This document shows, one piece after another, positions 19,071 to 28,530 of a DNA stretch of 64,000 nucleotides. Where the stretch lies: positions 44,504 through 108,503 of the forward strand of contig CADBAY010000005.1 in NCBI GenBank assembly GCA_902792815.1, written 5' to 3'. A model generated the notes under the pieces. That model saw nothing but the letters and a program-made list of their open reading frames with translations. It searched no databases and had not been told where the DNA came from. The stretch is from an uncultured Bacteroidia bacterium. GTDB lineage: Bacteria; Bacteroidota; Bacteroidia; Bacteroidales; UBA932. Numbering within the stretch: the first letter of the stretch is position 1; every line of letters begins with the position of its first letter. The translations under genes were made by a program, and so were the position numbers.

Positions 19071-20962
19071 AATGCTCTGATTACGCTGAGGTTTGTCTCC
19101 CTCAGCCTCTGCTCGTCCATCTTCACTATTTCACGGTCGTAGGTCATAATGCCGTTGACCTCGATTTCAACGTCGGTAGTCTGGGTGTAAACCGCCGCTG
19201 CGCATCCTGTGCTTATGAACACTTTAAGCATGTCGGCAAAACGCTCGTACATGGCCTGCAGCTGCCGGCCCGACTCGAACACCTTGCCGTAGCCCCAGCT
19301 GCCGTCCTGCTTCCAAAGATGCCCCGGAACGGGGTAGCCCAGGCCGCCGTATTCACCGAGGACATTGATGAACGATGCTTCGAAGTTGTTCATCGCGGGA
19401 GATGCGTAATGGTGGGTGTCGATGATATCACCGGCGAATGCATAATTGCCTCCGGATGCTTCGTTTACAAGGCGGGAAGGGTCCTGCTCGCGGGTAAAGC
19501 GCACCACCTCGGGCGTGTCGAACTGACCCCAGGCCTCGTTGAACGGCACCCATACGGTTATGCACTGAAAACCTTTGAGGAAAGAGATAATCTCGCCCCA
19601 CTCTTTGTAATAATTGTCTTTCCACTCCTGCGGAACTGTGCAGTCGGTTCCGCCGATGAAGCTGTCCCTCTGCCACTCGTTGCTCTGCATGGCGGCAATC
19701 TCAGGTTTGCGGTAGGCGTTGGTCTTGGAGCTGTGGTCGGCAATGCAGGGCATATCCTGCCAGACGCTCACTCCCAGAGCATCGCACCACCAGTACCAGC
19801 GGGCAGGCTCCACCTTTATGTGCTTGCGTATCATGTTCCAGCCCCACTGCTTGGTCTTGAGGATGTCGAACTTGAGCGCCTCGTCGGTGGGCGCGGTATA
19901 GAGTCCGTCGGGCCACCAGCCCTGGTCGAGAGGGCCGAAGAAGAATGTCCTCTGCCCGTTGAGACCGATACGCTTGTAAGAGTTGGTGTTGCGGTCGGGC
20001 TTAGGGTCGGAGATGACGCTCACGGTGCGAAGGGCTGTGTAGCCGTCCACGCTGTCAACCACTTTGCCTCCCTTGAGCAGGGTGATGCGCAGGCCGTAAA
20101 GGTTGGGGCTGTCGGGGCTCCAGAGGCGCGGCTTTTCTATTTCAAAGCTGCACACTCCGTCCTTTGCTGCCGTCTCCAGCAGGGGAGTGCCCGAAGGCGA
20201 AGCCCCTTTGTCGCCGATAAGGCCCTTGCCGTCAAAGAGCTGCACCCGAGCCTGGTCAAAGCTCCCTTCGGCCTCGATGCCCAGCGACAGGGTGCCGGAG
20301 GCCTCATCCCATTTGGGGTAGTAAGATACCACGTGGGCACTGCCGACAGGCTCCAGCCATACCGTCTGCCAGATGCCGGTAACGGGGGTGTACCATATTC
20401 CGTGGGTATGCTCTATCTGCTTGCCGCGGGGCTGGAACCCTTCGTCGGAAGCGTCCCACACGCGCACGCGGACAACTTGCTTGCCGGAGCGCTTGAGGGC
20501 AGAAGTGATGTTGAAGCAGAACGGGGTGTAGCCGCCGGTGTGCTCTCCCACCTTGACTCCGTTGACCCAAACGTCGGCCTTCCAGTCCACGGCACCGAAG
20601 TGCAGCAGCACCTCTTTGCCTTTCCAGGCGCGGGGCAGTTTGAAACTGCGCTCGTACCAAAGGGCGTTTGCCGAACCAACATGGCGCCCGACTCCGGAGA
20701 GTGCCGATTCGGCGCAGAACGGCACCAGTATTTGTCCGTCAGGTTTGCCATAGCCGGCTTCCGATGGAGTTATGGAGTAATCCCACAGCCCGTTGAGGTT
20801 CATCCAGTCGGCGCGAACCATTTGTGGACGGGGGTACTCGGGGTGTGGTGCTGATGGATCCACATCCGAAGCCCAGCGAGTCTTGAGCCCGTCGGCAGGA
20901 GTCCAGGCGGCTGCAGATATTGCCAACAGGGCCGTGGCGAGAGTTACTGTGAGTCTTTTCAT
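19067..20962 (-). CDS. GH2-family glycoside hydrolase
   Basis: WMNLNGLWDY, LLHFGAVDW, YTPVTGIWQTVWLE, GPLDQGWWPDG, WVPFNEAWGQ, VLGEYGG. Confidence 0.9.
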   Translation of the reverse strand: MKRLTVTLATALLAISAAAWTPADGLKTRWASDVDPSAPHPEYPRPQMVRADWMNLNGLWDYSITPSEAGYGKPDGQILVPFCAESALSGVGRHVGSANALWYERSFKLPRAWKGKEVLLHFGAVDWKADVWVNGVKVGEHTGGYTPFCFNITSALKRSGKQVVRVRVWDASDEGFQPRGKQIEHTHGIWYTPVTGIWQTVWLEPVGSAHVVSYYPKWDEASGTLSLGIEAEGSFDQARVQLFDGKGLIGDKGASPSGTPLLETAAKDGVCSFEIEKPRLWSPDSPNLYGLRITLLKGGKVVDSVDGYTALRTVSVISDPKPDRNTNSYKRIGLNGQRTFFFGPLDQGWWPDGLYTAPTDEALKFDILKTKQWGWNMIRKHIKVEPARWYWWCDALGVSVWQDMPCIADHSSKTNAYRKPEIAAMQSNEWQRDSFIGGTDCTVPQEWKDNYYKEWGEIISFLKGFQCITVWVPFNEAWGQFDTPEVVRFTREQDPSRLVNEASGGNYAFAGDIIDTHHYASPAMNNFEASFINVLGEYGGLGYPVPGHLWKQDGSWGYGKVFESGRQLQAMYERFADMLKVFISTGCAAAVYTQTTDVEIEVNGIMTYDREIVKMDEQRLRETNLSVIRAL

Positions 20963-21804
20963 TTGTTCTTGTTCTTACGTGCGTAAGCAGGGTCAAAAAT
21001 CATGTTCAGCTCTTTGGCCAGGCGGTAGCCGGCCTTGCGGAGTTGCGAGCGCATAAGAGGCAGCTGGTCGTAGTACCAGTCCATTGTTAGCACATCTCCG
21101 GGCTTGACCTGGTGGGTTACCCAGCAGCAGCGTGCCACGTCACGCCCCCAGTCGTAGGGGCCGCCTTTGGTTATTTCCGCAATTTCTTCTTTGCTTGCGG
21201 AATCGAACATGTGGGCAAGGTCGCTGAAGCTCCAGGGATGCTTGATGTCGATGATCATATCGTCCCAGATGGTGTGGTAACGTATGTCTTCGCCCCGGAA
21301 GTTGACCTTGTAGTAGCCTATGGTCATGTCTTCCGGGTTGTATCGAATATGCTCCGGGCAATGCATGTCGCCCACGAAGTGTACCAGCAGCACCAGTTCG
21401 GTAAAAGCAGTCGAGTCGTCAAGTTCCTTATAGTGCTTCAGGTCTTGGGCATACTTCTCGATGAAGTGGATGCAATTCTTGACATAGCGTCCGTTGTCGT
21501 TTATGCCCCTGAACGGCTCGAAATCCATATTGGCCTCGAAAGTATGCGGCTGGGTGTTTACACGCGGCTCTCCGCTTGCAGGGTCGAAACCCATGTCAAC
21601 CAACAACTTGCCCTTGTGGTCGTCGGCGTAAGAGGCATAGCCGCTTATGGGCTCGCCGTGCATTATCTCGGCTATACGCTTCTGGGTGGTCTTGGTCAGG
21701 TGCATTTCTGCAATCCTGGCAATGGTGGCGTGTCCTTTACGTCCCCAGCCCTGTGCCGTGCAGCACATAATAAGCAGGCACAGAGTGATAATGATTCTTT
21801 TCAT
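20959..21804 (-). CDS. S1/P1 nuclease
   Basis: Signal peptide, then WGRKGH, HFVGDMHCPEH and HTIWDD zinc-ligand motifs. Confidence 0.88.
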   Translation of the reverse strand: MKRIIITLCLLIMCCTAQGWGRKGHATIARIAEMHLTKTTQKRIAEIMHGEPISGYASYADDHKGKLLVDMGFDPASGEPRVNTQPHTFEANMDFEPFRGINDNGRYVKNCIHFIEKYAQDLKHYKELDDSTAFTELVLLVHFVGDMHCPEHIRYNPEDMTIGYYKVNFRGEDIRYHTIWDDMIIDIKHPWSFSDLAHMFDSASKEEIAEITKGGPYDWGRDVARCCWVTHQVKPGDVLTMDWYYDQLPLMRSQLRKAGYRLAKELNMIFDPAYARKNKNK

Positions 21805-21862
21805 AATGAAACCTTCGGTGAATTCTATTTAGAAGTGCAACACACTTCAGAATAGAATCCAG

Positions 21863-23851
21863 CTAATGACGTTCTATTTCTTCCAGCAAATAATCCAGAT
21901 GCATGTACTCTTTGAGGGTCCAGAGGACGAAGCGGATATCGGTGTTGACGCACTTGTTGTAGCCCTCGGTCCAGGCTACGTCGCTGGCAAGCGACTCCTT
22001 GTTGCCGTCGAATGCCAGGCCGATGAGCTCTCCTCGGGCGTTAAGCACGGGCGAGCCGGAGTTGCCTCCGGTTATGTCGTTGTCGGTTATAAAGTCAACG
22101 GGAATTGATTCGCCGGCCTTGAGAAGGTCCCTCCATTCGGGTTTCAGGCTGAACTCGTAAGTGTCATTCTCCTTGCCCAGAATTTCCTTGCTCCAGGTCT
22201 GCCAGGGCAGCTTTTTGCAATTACGCCTATAAGTGCTTACAGTGCCGTAAGTAAGACGCATGGTGGAGTTGGCGTCGGGGTATTGGAGCACGCCGTGCTC
22301 CTCCCTCCAGTTATAGAGGGCTCGGGTGAATTCGCCTCCGGCAGCGCTCACGTTCCGGTCTCCCTGAGCGCTTTCGATATCATGATTATAGGCACTGATG
22401 CCCCTTTCGGTAAGGAAGCGGCAAAGGGGAGTGTCGGGAGTCAGATACTCATCGGTCCAGATGGATCCCAGCAGGGCGTCATAGTCGGTGCCATAGCGGG
22501 CAAAAAGCTCTTTCTGGAGGGGGCCCCATAGGGTTGAATCCACGTTTTCGTAGAACTTCTGGATACCATAACGTATAAGGTCCTTCTCCACACGGAGGTC
22601 GATAGCTCCGTACTCCCGCTCCATATCGAGCCTCTGGCGGCTGTTCTTTACGCGGAGGGCTATGGTGCTGAGGCGCGAGCCACGTACTATCGATTCGCGG
22701 AACCAGATAAGGTTCTTCTCGGCAGGAGTAATAGAGGCGTACTTGGTGTCAAGTTCTTTAATAAGGTCTTGATGCTCTTTGAGTTTGCGCTCCCTCTTGC
22801 GTAACTTGTCAAGTACCTTGAATCGCTTGCAGCACTGCGCGAGGCCCTCGTTATTCTCCTGAATGTTGCTGAGCATGAAGAACTGGTCGGAGTATTTGAG
22901 GCGCACCTCGGGGTCGGCGTTCATCCAGCGGTTGATAATCTCCATCTGGTCGGCGCGGATGCTGTTGGTAATGGGCAGGGAAGTATCGAGCCTGTAGGCG
23001 AGCTTTGCAGCGGAAGTGTATCGGTCGGTGCGCCCCGGGTAGCCGAGAACCATTGCAAAGTCTCCCGGCTTATAACCGGAGGTGCTGATCTGGAGCCACT
23101 TGCGGGGCACCAGAGGCACATTCTTGGGCCCGTGTGGAGCTGGCGCTCCCTCGGGAGAACCATACACACGGTAGATGGCAAAGTCACACTTGTGCTGGGG
23201 CCACTCCCAGTTGTCGATATCTCCGCCGAATGCGGCGATGCTCACCGGCGGAGCCGCCACAAGGCGCACGTCGGTATATACCCGATAGAGTGCAAGATAA
23301 TACTTCGATCCCGCCCACATCGAACTGAGAGAGGCCATCAGGCCCGTGGTTTCCTGGTAGCGCTTTTCGATAATGTAGCTAAGGCGTCTCATTCCGAACG
23401 GCTTACCCTCCAGCTTCTCCTCCTCCTGTACGGCCTTTACTTCGTCGGTAACGTCGAGGATGCGTTCTAGCAGCTGCACGCTCTTGCCGGGAATGTAGAT
23501 TTCCTCGGCGGCGCTGCGGGCCCAGAAGCCATCTTCAAGATAATTGTGCTCGGGGGTGCTGAGGCGATGAACGTCGGAGTAGGCGCAGTGATGATTGGTG
23601 ATCAGGAGTCCGTCGTGCGAAATGAACGAACCGGTGCAACCGAAGTCCAGCGATACGATGGCATCCTTGAGGCTCACGGCATCGGCGTCGTAAATCTCGT
23701 TCCCGCTGAGTTCCAGACCCTTATTATGCATTTTATCAACCAGGGCCTTGGAGATGGCGTTCACCATCCACATACCCTCGTCGGCCCTGGCCGGCACGGC
23801 CGCCAGAAGCAATGCAATTGTAGAAAGACAGAAGAATTTACTTGTATTCAT
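21863..23851 (-). CDS. S46-family dipeptidyl peptidase, DPP7 type
   Basis: ADEGMW, TNHHC, DITGGNSGSPV; GLAFDGN has Gly as in DPP7 rather than the Arg of DPP11. Start moved to MNTSKF. Confidence 0.9.
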   Translation of the reverse strand: MNTSKFFCLSTIALLLAAVPARADEGMWMVNAISKALVDKMHNKGLELSGNEIYDADAVSLKDAIVSLDFGCTGSFISHDGLLITNHHCAYSDVHRLSTPEHNYLEDGFWARSAAEEIYIPGKSVQLLERILDVTDEVKAVQEEEKLEGKPFGMRRLSYIIEKRYQETTGLMASLSSMWAGSKYYLALYRVYTDVRLVAAPPVSIAAFGGDIDNWEWPQHKCDFAIYRVYGSPEGAPAPHGPKNVPLVPRKWLQISTSGYKPGDFAMVLGYPGRTDRYTSAAKLAYRLDTSLPITNSIRADQMEIINRWMNADPEVRLKYSDQFFMLSNIQENNEGLAQCCKRFKVLDKLRKRERKLKEHQDLIKELDTKYASITPAEKNLIWFRESIVRGSRLSTIALRVKNSRQRLDMEREYGAIDLRVEKDLIRYGIQKFYENVDSTLWGPLQKELFARYGTDYDALLGSIWTDEYLTPDTPLCRFLTERGISAYNHDIESAQGDRNVSAAGGEFTRALYNWREEHGVLQYPDANSTMRLTYGTVSTYRRNCKKLPWQTWSKEILGKENDTYEFSLKPEWRDLLKAGESIPVDFITDNDITGGNSGSPVLNARGELIGLAFDGNKESLASDVAWTEGYNKCVNTDIRFVLWTLKEYMHLDYLLEEIERH

Positions 23852-25859
23852 AGCAGGTACCGGGTTTGTCGAACTTGAGCCTTGCAGGTTCCTCCCTAAC
23901 ATCATCCGCCTTGTAGGTGATGGTCCAGGTGTCCATACTCATAAGCTCCCACACCCTGTCGGCAGTCATAGGCTCGGCAAAGCGGACCTGGATGCTCGGC
24001 TTGAGGCTCTTGTTGAGCTTAAGGGCCACTCCGATCACACCCTCTTCCTTGGAAAGATGATTGCTCAGGAAAGGCATGGCCCTCATGACGATAGGCTTCT
24101 CGTAGTTCTGGTCCTCTATCTCATAAATGAACTGAGGCTTGCCCTCATATACCTCGGCGCGCTTGCGCACCACGGTAGTATCTCCCGACGGATAACGGCC
24201 GTTGAACTCGGCGCTGAACGGGTCGAACATGTTCTCCAGATACTCCGCAATGCCTATCTTGCCCTTCTCCTTCTCGAGACGCACAAAGGTGAAGTCGAGC
24301 GGGGTTTCCTTTACTCCGCCGCCGTGAACAGGCATGGCGAGGACTTTCTTCTCGACAATCTCCTTGAACCAGGCCTCGTCCAGCTGCTCGGCAGGATCGG
24401 AATAAACACGGATGATGAGCGGGCAGTCGTACTCCGACTCGATGCCGAAGATTTTCTTGCCCGTAAGCCTCATCTGCAGACCCAGCATATTGAGGTCGGA
24501 CTTGTTGGGCATATGCTCGGTGCGTATGGTCTGTATCTGAAGCTCGGGATATTCCGAAGGCTCGGGCGAATTGACCCTGAAGTGCGACGGCTCGTACACA
24601 TCTTCCAGGAGCTTCGCCTCGCTGGTTACCTTGGGGTCGTAGGTAAGCACCACGGTGTGGGAACTTGCATAAGTCTTAACTCCGTGTACTCCGCGGACGT
24701 TCTCCATCTTGCCCTTGAAAGCCATGGAGCTGCCGTAGCAGTGCACGCTGGTAAGGTTCTCGATGCGCAGGGTCTTCAATTCCATACCCTCTTCGATACC
24801 CCATTTTTCGTCGATGGTAGGCACCTCGAAACGGCCGCCGAAGATGATTCCCAGGGCGGTAATGACAACGGCCACCAGCGCCGGAACAAAGCGGCCGAAC
24901 TTATTGTCCATAGGCTTGGTAACTACGCCGAACTTGAGCGCCTTGCGGGGACACGAAGCGATACACTCTCCGCAGAGGGTGCAGTCAACGTCGGTCACTA
25001 CTCCGCCGCTGCCGGGGATGTCGATGTTGTACGGGCAATGCTTCTGGCAGTTGTAGCAGCGCATGGTGCAGCTGTCGTCGTCGTAAATTACATGCAGCAG
25101 CTGCAGCTTGGGCTTGCGGTAGAAGATTTCAAGCAGATAACCCACTACGCAGAAGGCTGCGAGCAACATCCACCACTTCAGAGGCAGGCCGAGAGCGCTG
25201 AGCCCCCACCAGACAAGGGCGAGAATGAGCAGTGGCAGCCAGAAGCGGAAACTGTTTGCAGCGGCCCCGAGCGGGCACAGGTAACGGCAGAAGAAGCGCT
25301 TGATGAAGAAGCCTCCCACAACTACCACTACAATGGCAACTATGCTCATCCAGAGCACCAGTTCGCCTTTAAAGCCGGTAGCAATTGCGTAGTAAGGGTC
25401 AAACTTGCGGCAAAGCAACTCGCTGGCGGTTGCCGTGGAGTAGAAAATCCAGAACAGCAGGCCGTATTTCAGCGCCCTCAGGAGCTTGTCGGCGACGCCT
25501 CCAGCCTTGAACTCCACGCCGTCGAAGCCTATGCTTTTGCGGAGTTTGGAGAGCAGGTCTTCAATAGATCCGATGGGGCAGAGATAGGCGCAGAACAGCT
25601 TGCCGAACAGAATAACTGCCGCCGCAAGCAGAATGCCCATCAATATTTGCCCTGAGCTCATAGAGCAGGGGAGAGATCCCCTTGTTACGTAAGTGGTTAG
25701 TGCTTCAAGCCCTCCGAGCGGACACCATGCCTCGGGGTCGGAGGCTCCAAGTTTAGGGAAAATTTTGGCGGCGAGGCCGCTTAAAAAGAAAACCAGAGCG
25801 GCCAGGACTCCCCACTGGAGGAGGTATTTAGGCCAGTTTTTGCGAATAGTAGATTTCAT
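23838..25859 (-). CDS. Membrane 4Fe-4S binding protein (NapH/FixG-like) with C-terminal HMA-like domains
   Basis: TM helices; CPLGG, FCAYLCPIG, FCRYLCPLG, CYNCQKHCP, CTLCGECIASCP; then IENLTSVHCYGS...GV HMA-like fold. Confidence 0.8.
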   Translation of the reverse strand: MKSTIRKNWPKYLLQWGVLAALVFFLSGLAAKIFPKLGASDPEAWCPLGGLEALTTYVTRGSLPCSMSSGQILMGILLAAAVILFGKLFCAYLCPIGSIEDLLSKLRKSIGFDGVEFKAGGVADKLLRALKYGLLFWIFYSTATASELLCRKFDPYYAIATGFKGELVLWMSIVAIVVVVVGGFFIKRFFCRYLCPLGAAANSFRFWLPLLILALVWWGLSALGLPLKWWMLLAAFCVVGYLLEIFYRKPKLQLLHVIYDDDSCTMRCYNCQKHCPYNIDIPGSGGVVTDVDCTLCGECIASCPRKALKFGVVTKPMDNKFGRFVPALVAVVITALGIIFGGRFEVPTIDEKWGIEEGMELKTLRIENLTSVHCYGSSMAFKGKMENVRGVHGVKTYASSHTVVLTYDPKVTSEAKLLEDVYEPSHFRVNSPEPSEYPELQIQTIRTEHMPNKSDLNMLGLQMRLTGKKIFGIESEYDCPLIIRVYSDPAEQLDEAWFKEIVEKKVLAMPVHGGGVKETPLDFTFVRLEKEKGKIGIAEYLENMFDPFSAEFNGRYPSGDTTVVRKRAEVYEGKPQFIYEIEDQNYEKPIVMRAMPFLSNHLSKEEGVIGVALKLNKSLKPSIQVRFAEPMTADRVWELMSMDTWTITYKADDVREEPARLKFDKPGTCYEYK

Positions 25860-25864
25860 ACTTA

Positions 25865-25892
25865 CAAATGTAAGAAAAATTGTCTAAATTTG
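25865..25892. promoter_or_regulatory. Back-to-back -7 elements (minus 25865-25872 TAcaTTTG; plus 25885-25892 TAaaTTTG)
   Basis: Two exact TAnnTTTG matches between divergent genes. Confidence 0.65.
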
Positions 25893-25927
25893 CGCCCGTT
25901 TGATAGACGCAAAAATAGACTCATAGT

Positions 25928-27382
25928 ATGTCCAACAGTAAGTTTTCCGTCAAGTATTGCGTGCTTCTGCCACTGGTGCTGATAGTTACGATACTTCTGT
26001 GGGCCCTCCCTACCTCTGTCTTCGGTATCGCGGACCTTACTCCTGTGCAGCAACGTATGATTGCCATTTTCGTGTTCGCTGCCCTAATGTGGATGTTTGA
26101 GATCATCCCCAACTGGACCACCTCGCTCATCGTTATAGTGGTAATGCTGCTCACGGTCTCCAACAAGGGCCTGAAGTTCATGTGCGACCCTTCGGCCGGC
26201 ACCCTGGTTGACTACAAGAGCATTATGGCCTCGTTTGCCGATCCTGTGGTGATGCTGTTCATGGGCGGCTTCGTGCTGGCCATCATAGCCTCCAAATATG
26301 GTATGGACGCCGTAATAGCCAAGGGTCTTCTCGGGCTCTTCGGCAAGAAGCCCAAGATGGTTCTTCTCGGATTCCTCATCATCATCTCCATTTTCTCGAT
26401 GTTCATGAGCAATACCGCAACCGCCGCCATGATGCTCGCATTCCTCGCGCCCGTGCTCAAGGCACTGCCCGAGGACGAGACCGGCAAGGTGGGCCTGGCG
26501 CTCTCTATACCTGTAGCAGCCAACCTCGGCGGTATAGGCACCCCTATCGGCACCCCTCCCAACGCCATCGCCATCGGCGCCCTGGAGAATGCCGGCTACC
26601 AGATAGGCTTCGCGACCTGGATGTCCAGGATGATCCCTTACGTGGTGGTTATGATTCTTATCGCCTGGGTGCTCCTGCAGTTGTTCTTCCCCTTCAAGTC
26701 CGATAAGATCGAGCTCAAGATAGAGGCCAAGAGCCACAAATGGAACTGGAAAGACTACGTGGCCTGGATCACTTTCTTCGTGACTATCCTTCTGTGGGTT
26801 ACCGAGTCATTGACCGGCATCAACTCCAACATCGTTGCCCTCATTCCCCTTGCAGTCTATACTTGCACCGGAGTGTTCGGCAAAGATGATATCAAGGAGA
26901 TCAACTGGAGCGTTCTGTGGTTGGTAGCGGGCGGCTTCGCCCTGGGTACGGGCCTTAACAAGACCGGCCTTGCGGCAACCCTTATCAACGCCATTCCTTT
27001 CAGCACCATGAACGTGGTGGTGGTTATGATTATCGCCGGCCTGCTTTGCTACTTCCTCAGCAACTTCATCAGCAACAGCGCCACCGCGGCACTGCTGGTC
27101 CCTATCCTCATCGTGGTAGGTACCGCCATGGCCGATCCCGCAGCTGCCAACAACGCCCAGTTCATGGCCCTGGGTGGCATGAACGCAATGATTCCTTTCA
27201 TTGCCGTGTGCGCCTCCATCGCCATGCTGTTCCCTATATCTACCCCTCCGAACGCCATTGCATCCTCGACCGGCCTGGTCAAGACTGCGCAGATGACCAA
27301 GGTGGGCATCATCATCGGCGTCATAGGCTTCGTGCTCGGTTATTTCCTGTTGACAAAAGTATTCCCTTTCCCTACAGCGTAA
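25928..27382 (+). CDS. DASS/SLC13-family anion symporter
   Basis: Highly hydrophobic; SMFMSNTAT, GGIGTPIGTPPNA, SNFISNSAT, PISTPPNA. Confidence 0.92.
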   Translation: MSNSKFSVKYCVLLPLVLIVTILLWALPTSVFGIADLTPVQQRMIAIFVFAALMWMFEIIPNWTTSLIVIVVMLLTVSNKGLKFMCDPSAGTLVDYKSIMASFADPVVMLFMGGFVLAIIASKYGMDAVIAKGLLGLFGKKPKMVLLGFLIIISIFSMFMSNTATAAMMLAFLAPVLKALPEDETGKVGLALSIPVAANLGGIGTPIGTPPNAIAIGALENAGYQIGFATWMSRMIPYVVVMILIAWVLLQLFFPFKSDKIELKIEAKSHKWNWKDYVAWITFFVTILLWVTESLTGINSNIVALIPLAVYTCTGVFGKDDIKEINWSVLWLVAGGFALGTGLNKTGLAATLINAIPFSTMNVVVVMIIAGLLCYFLSNFISNSATAALLVPILIVVGTAMADPAAANNAQFMALGGMNAMIPFIAVCASIAMLFPISTPPNAIASSTGLVKTAQMTKVGIIIGVIGFVLGYFLLTKVFPFPTA

Positions 27383-27383
27383 T

Positions 27384-28421
27384 ATGAAAAAATTGTTTTT
27401 GATTGCGGCTGCCCTGCTTGTGGGCTTTATGGCTGCGGCACAAGAAGAAGAGACTCCTAATTACGGATATAAAGAAGGCGCTTTTGCGAGCGTCCCCAAG
27501 GTGGGAGCTTACATTATCGGTTCTTATAAATACAGCGACAAAGAAGGCGCCAACGGCGGCCCCGGTTTCAATGCCCGCTTGATCCGTGCGTATGTTGACG
27601 GTAGCATCTACCATCAGTTCAACTACAGGGTCCAGCTCCAGTTCAACGGTGGCCCTCACGTCAAGGATTTCTATGTGGAGTGGGCCAAGTACAAGTTCTT
27701 CTCCGTCAAGATGGGTCAGTTCAAGAGGGCCTTCACCTTCGAGAACCCTATGAACCCCTGGGACGTAGGAGCAGGCGACTTCTCCTTCCTGGTGCAGAAA
27801 ATGGCCGGTATGGGCGACCGTCTGGGCGAGGCCAACATGGGCGGACGTGACCAGGGTATCCAGATCCAGGGTGACTTCCTTCCCGTCGGCAAAGACGAGC
27901 ACCCTCTCTTCCACTATCAGCTCGGATTGTGGAACGGCCAGGGTATCAACGTGACCGACAAAGACCTCAAGAAAGATATCATCGGAACCTTCCAGGTGCA
28001 GCCCATCAAGGGCCTCAAGCTGGGCGTGTTCGGATGGAAGGGTAACTGGATCGACGGCGAAGGCAACGACCTCAAGCGTGAGAGAATCAGCGCCGGCGTG
28101 TCCTTCGACCGCAACAACTGGACATTCCGCAGCGAATATGCTACTGCAATCGCCGGTGAAAAGGCCCAGAGCGGCCCGGCCGATGCCCTTTACGTTACTG
28201 TGGGAGTGCCTGTTACCGATTGGTTCAAGGTGTATGCCAAGTGGGATGAGTTCCGCTCTGCGGCAACCGCCGAGACCAGCCACGACATGTATTCCTGCAT
28301 AGCCAACTTCCGTCTGCACAAGAACCTTAATTTCCAGCTGGAGTATCGTTACCACAACGACATGCTCTATACCGGGCGTCACTATAACGAAATCTGGTTC
28401 GAGACTTACATCAGGTGGTAA
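27384..28421 (+). CDS. OprO/OprP-like porin
   Basis: Signal peptide; RLIRAYVDG, MGQFKRAFTFEN, GRDQGIQ; C-terminal Trp; 1 nt after the DASS gene. Confidence 0.8.
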   Translation: MKKLFLIAAALLVGFMAAAQEEETPNYGYKEGAFASVPKVGAYIIGSYKYSDKEGANGGPGFNARLIRAYVDGSIYHQFNYRVQLQFNGGPHVKDFYVEWAKYKFFSVKMGQFKRAFTFENPMNPWDVGAGDFSFLVQKMAGMGDRLGEANMGGRDQGIQIQGDFLPVGKDEHPLFHYQLGLWNGQGINVTDKDLKKDIIGTFQVQPIKGLKLGVFGWKGNWIDGEGNDLKRERISAGVSFDRNNWTFRSEYATAIAGEKAQSGPADALYVTVGVPVTDWFKVYAKWDEFRSAATAETSHDMYSCIANFRLHKNLNFQLEYRYHNDMLYTGRHYNEIWFETYIRW

Positions 28422-28477
28422 TGATTTGATTTTACTGCCTGCCGGCCGTCTGCGCCCACGCAGTAAAATTAAATCAT
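28421..28477. repeat. 18-bp AT-rich inverted repeat with a 21-nt spacer (terminator or operator)
   Basis: ATGATTTGATTTTACTGC (28421-28438) / GCAGTAAAATTAAATCAT (28460-28477), one G-T pair. Confidence 0.7.
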
Positions 28478-28516
28478 AACTTGAAATAGACCTGTCATAC
28501 TTTGCATTATTATCAG

Positions 28517-28524
28517 TATATTTG
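28517..28524 (+). promoter_or_regulatory. -7 element (TAtaTTTG) for addB
   Basis: Exact consensus 6 nt above the ATG at 28531. Confidence 0.6.
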
Positions 28525-28530
28525 TAATGT

